Source: Takakia lepidozioides
Lineage: Eukaryota > Plantae > Bryophyta
Direction of reading: 5' to 3'
Assembly (NCBI GenBank): GCA_030704615.1
Contig: CM060731.1
Coordinates: 88,102,001 to 88,166,000, forward strand
DNA length: 64,000 nt
Part shown: in pieces, positions 60,511-64,000 of the stretch
Layout of the letters: each line of letters begins with the position of its first letter
Numbering within the stretch: position 1 is the stretch's first letter
Made by a program: the position numbers and the translations under genes
Notes under the pieces: generated by a model
The model's input: only the letters and a program-made list of their open reading frames with translations
Databases searched by the model: none
What the model was told of the DNA's origin: nothing

Positions 60511-63500
60511 GAGGTTTACTATTTCATAAACAGAAACCATGAGCCATGAGCCATGAGCCGCATGAGCGGTGAGCCGAAGTCTAAGATACGCGGATTTCAT
60601 GAGCGGACTCCAAATTTGGAAATGCGACAGATTAAACAAGTATTAAAATAATAGTTTTTTTATTTGACCTTGCCGTTTTTGGACGTTCCAGATCATGTAA
60701 TGCGGCGAAGATATGTCGTCAGTAATAAGTCCGCTCATGGTTTTTTAGATCCGCTCATGGAAATAAGTGACCGTGCAACGGGAAATCCAGTATACCACTG
60801 CAAAAGGACGTCGCATACTGGCCTGTATAGAGTATTCCGCAGTTTTACATGCCTTAACATTGGAATGAAGCTGACCCTTTTGCCGCAATTGAACCAATGG
60901 AGTCTGCACCAATAGAGTCTGCAGTACTTCACAATTCTGTCTTCTTCGGGTATTCGGCGGGAAAGGTTTGCAACTGAACTGGGAAATAAGGTGCCGCATT
61001 AGGGTTGGCACGTGCAAAATTTCGGAGCGGTTTGGTGTTGGCGAAGGCCGCCTCTACCAGTACCTACGACGATACTTGGAAATGCGGCGCCGCATTTCCT
61101 TGTCGGAGGTCGAATGAGGAAAGCAAGTTTTCGGAAAGCAGAAAAACATGAACCCTCCAACATACAAAAATACATGCACGTGGAAACAAGTGAACGATAT
61201 AGTAATATCTTAGTTCGAGAAAAACAGGTTACTAGTAGGCAAGACATATGTCGGACCTTTCTGTGGCCAGAGTCTGAGGTACTGGCAGTAGTACAGTTCT
61301 ACTATCCGAAAAGGATGGGCGTACCATTGTATTGGGACCGCAAGCCAAGCTCACTGGTCCCCTAGATCCATATTCAGAAGAGTGTGAACCTCCTGGGGGC
61401 TCAACCCTGGTGCATGTATGAAGTGATGAGTTGTGGAATTACAACGGAGTCTCTTTAGGTACACGTAGTACAAATGCTTGCAAGGGCAGTATGATGCCCC
61501 CTTGTTCGCCATGATCTGGAAGTCGATGCAATTGCAGGTGGGTAATTCTGAAATGGTGATGGTGTACACCTCATTGCAAACAGCTGAGCCTGCCGTGGCC
61601 ATCTGATACACACGCCCGAATCCTGGTGGGGGCACTTCTGTCGAGCTCTGGATTGTACAGTTCATCCGAAGTGCATTCCCCATCCTTGTCTCGTTCACTT
61701 TTGAGGGAGGTCGCCGCCTCTTCGGTTTCCCCCAACGGTGTGTAGGATGCTTAGAGCTGTCGTGTCCCATTGTTCTTGCTCTCACAGGGGTCGGTGGTGG
61801 AGGCTGTGGAAGCGGAAATGGTTGTCTGGGGACGTCAGTGCGCTGCACCATCCAAATCCTGCGGCGGTAAGGGCGTCGGCCTCAACCTGACTCAGATCGC
61901 AGCCTGGTTCCACCGGCCACACCGGGGGAGCCTCTGGCATTGTTTGTATGCCGTACTTGGGCTTTCCATACACGCAAGTCATAATGTCGTGCCTGCAGAA
62001 CCAGAACTGGGTGGTTGTCGCCTCCGCAAATTTTGCATGGACAAATCTTCCTGTAAAAGTAGGAGCAGGGACAACCCCATCTGGATTCCTCCTTATCATC
62101 TCTAAACAACGTTGCCGTGTATCCACACGAATTGCGGAACACCTTCCTCGAAACGACGGCTTTGTGCGAGCAATTCTCCACTGTGATGCAGACACAGTCG
62201 TCTCCACAATGGCTTGGCCATACTGCATAACAGCGGGCGGAATCTGGGGCAAGGGAGCGGTGGGAATTTCTCGCACGAAATCCCCGGTTGAAGGCGACGG
62301 CGATCTGGAATTTCTTGGGCTTCCACTGTTGGAAGACACATTGTGCGGCAACATGACGGGACCTCGAGGTGCTATCCGAATGTTCCTGTCGGATCTCCAG
62401 GAATCCTCTTCGCACCCGGGTTCCTCTTCAATCCTCCGCCTCACAGGGCGAGTCCGGACGTCCCCCTCTAGGTGTTCACCTCTGCGGTGCAGAGGCGTCC
62501 CTTTGATCTTCTCTCGCAATGCTGTCGCCCATTTCAGTGGATTCTTGGACCTCGAAGCTGTTCGTACCAACAATTCCTCCCTGTCCGGCCCAAAGCCCCA
62601 TTGTTTTCCACTGAGGAACTTGTAGTACGTGGCTTGCTGCATGATTGCTCTGTCGATGTCCTCTATTGTGGCCGTCACTACGTCCACCAGATGTGTGGCA
62701 GAAGACGCTCGCCAGGAGGAGTGGACCGATTCTGCCATATTCGTGTTCGGCATGTCTGTGTCGGAATCCAAGCACCGCTCCTAGAAGGACACAAACAATG
62801 GTAAGGGACCAATCGAAATGTCCGTAACAGAAAGACAAATGAACGAAAATGACAGCAGCCTACCTCCCGCATGTACTGTCCGAACTGTCGATACCGAAAA
62901 TGCCACCACCCCAACCAGCTGTGCAATGCTCCCAGATTGGTTGTCTCCACTGCACCTGACGTGTTCCACCAAGCCTCGATGATAGCAAACTTAACCTCCG
63001 CGTCATCAAATGTGGGTGCATCCTTCCACGCCGTACAAAGGACACGGTGTTCAACCTGGAATGAGCTAGCAACAAATTTGGTAGTGTAGTGGGATAGACT
63101 CTGCATCCAATGGAATCCACAAGATCTCTCTTTCCCCTCCATTGGCACATTGGGGTCCTCACCGTACACACGCCGCACCACTGCCCAGTTGGCCTGAGCG
63201 TTGTCTGCCATGAATCCCCTGAAATTGGGCTCTGGCAATCCCGCCCTTGCCATCTGCTCGTTTATGCCCTCCCACAGATGCATCTCGGACTGTGTGTCCT
63301 CCCCTTTCATCTCGCAGATTGCAATCGTCATGAGGCTCTTGGAGTGATAGTCATAAACATGCGCACCCATAGTCACCCACTGATGGTTTGTAATTCGCTT
63401 GATGTGATCAAACATCACCCAAGCATTCGACAAGTTTCCAGTTGTCATGCGAGTGACCAAGTCGACTCCACTCCCAGGCCCACACGTCGACATTTTGAAA

Positions 63501-64000
63501 ATGTAACAACGATCGGATTCGCTACCTTGCCCTGGAAACCTGCTACCTTGGATGTAGTCATATCCAGTCATTCGTTTCACCTCCAGGATTGAGTACATGT
63601 CCGACCCCCTGCCGAACTCCTGCTTGCAAGATACGATGTGATTCCGCACATTCGGACTACAAACGTGCGAGACGGACTCCAAGAGGTCACGCATCTCGTC
63701 TTCGGTCAAGGGCTCTCGGTCGGAACCATCTTCAGACATGATTTTGTCAAGAGCAATCTTGTGGGCTGCCTTCAGCTGAATCAACTTTGGTCTGGCTCCG
63801 GGGCTCAATTTCACCTCCTCTTTTATGATGTCGTGTGCTTCGTGCACAGCCTCACGCATGTTGCCCTCTCGCCAAGGGGTGGCAGTGGACCCCAACGTGT
63901 ATGCAAGCTCTAGTCAAAGTCCGGGAGCAAATGGATTACGTAATATTGCTTGGCTCTGCACATGGACATGCACGTCGGTGGTTCTTTGCAATGTGCACAC
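60511..64000 (-). mobile_element. Mutator-like element M3 (transposase 61351 to beyond 64000); runs off the right edge
   Basis: Terminus GAGGTTTACTATTTCAT...CATGAGC repeats at 60511. ORFs 62678-63895, 61782-62771 and 61351-61851 carry the D, D, CxxH, E motifs and SWIM. Confidence 0.88.

Noticed and set aside
44620-63080. M1 and M3 as giant TIRs of one element
   Set aside because: Their termini (47171 and 60511) face inward toward each other, so they are separate copies in opposite orientation.

Overview
This is eukaryotic land-plant DNA: it has a LOB-domain gene, GT-AG introns and a tRNA-iMet-primed chromovirus, and a non-seed plant is plausible but not proven. It is almost entirely nested transposable elements around one host gene, a class I LBD at 21.4-21.9 kb. 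The elements are pieces of three copies of one Ty3/Gypsy chromovirus family, a decayed hAT transposase, and four Mutator-like transposase copies with a GCM-like Zn domain, a DDE core and a SWIM finger. These copies share CATGAGC-rich termini. Several palindrome arrays are also present. Main discovery: matching junction sequences show two overlapping inversions, about 29873-42260 and one whose breakpoints are now TTTAA 5149-5153 and TTTAA 32938-32942. Undoing them restores a complete Ty3 element with a CTGTA target-site duplication, a protein kinase gene, and a multi-exon gene fusing a ParB/Srx-like domain to a bacterial/phage-type beta-class amino-(N4C/N6A) DNA methyltransferase domain. In the restored order that gene sits between two arrays of the palindrome GGAAATGCGGYRCCGCATTTCC spaced at near-integer helical turns (strict 53 bp in one array). 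It is followed by a head-to-head pair of unknown paralogous genes and a Mutator-family terminus. This suggests a large cargo-carrying Mutator-like element with its own DNA-binding/marking module. All domain calls are by-eye motif recognition; no searches were run.
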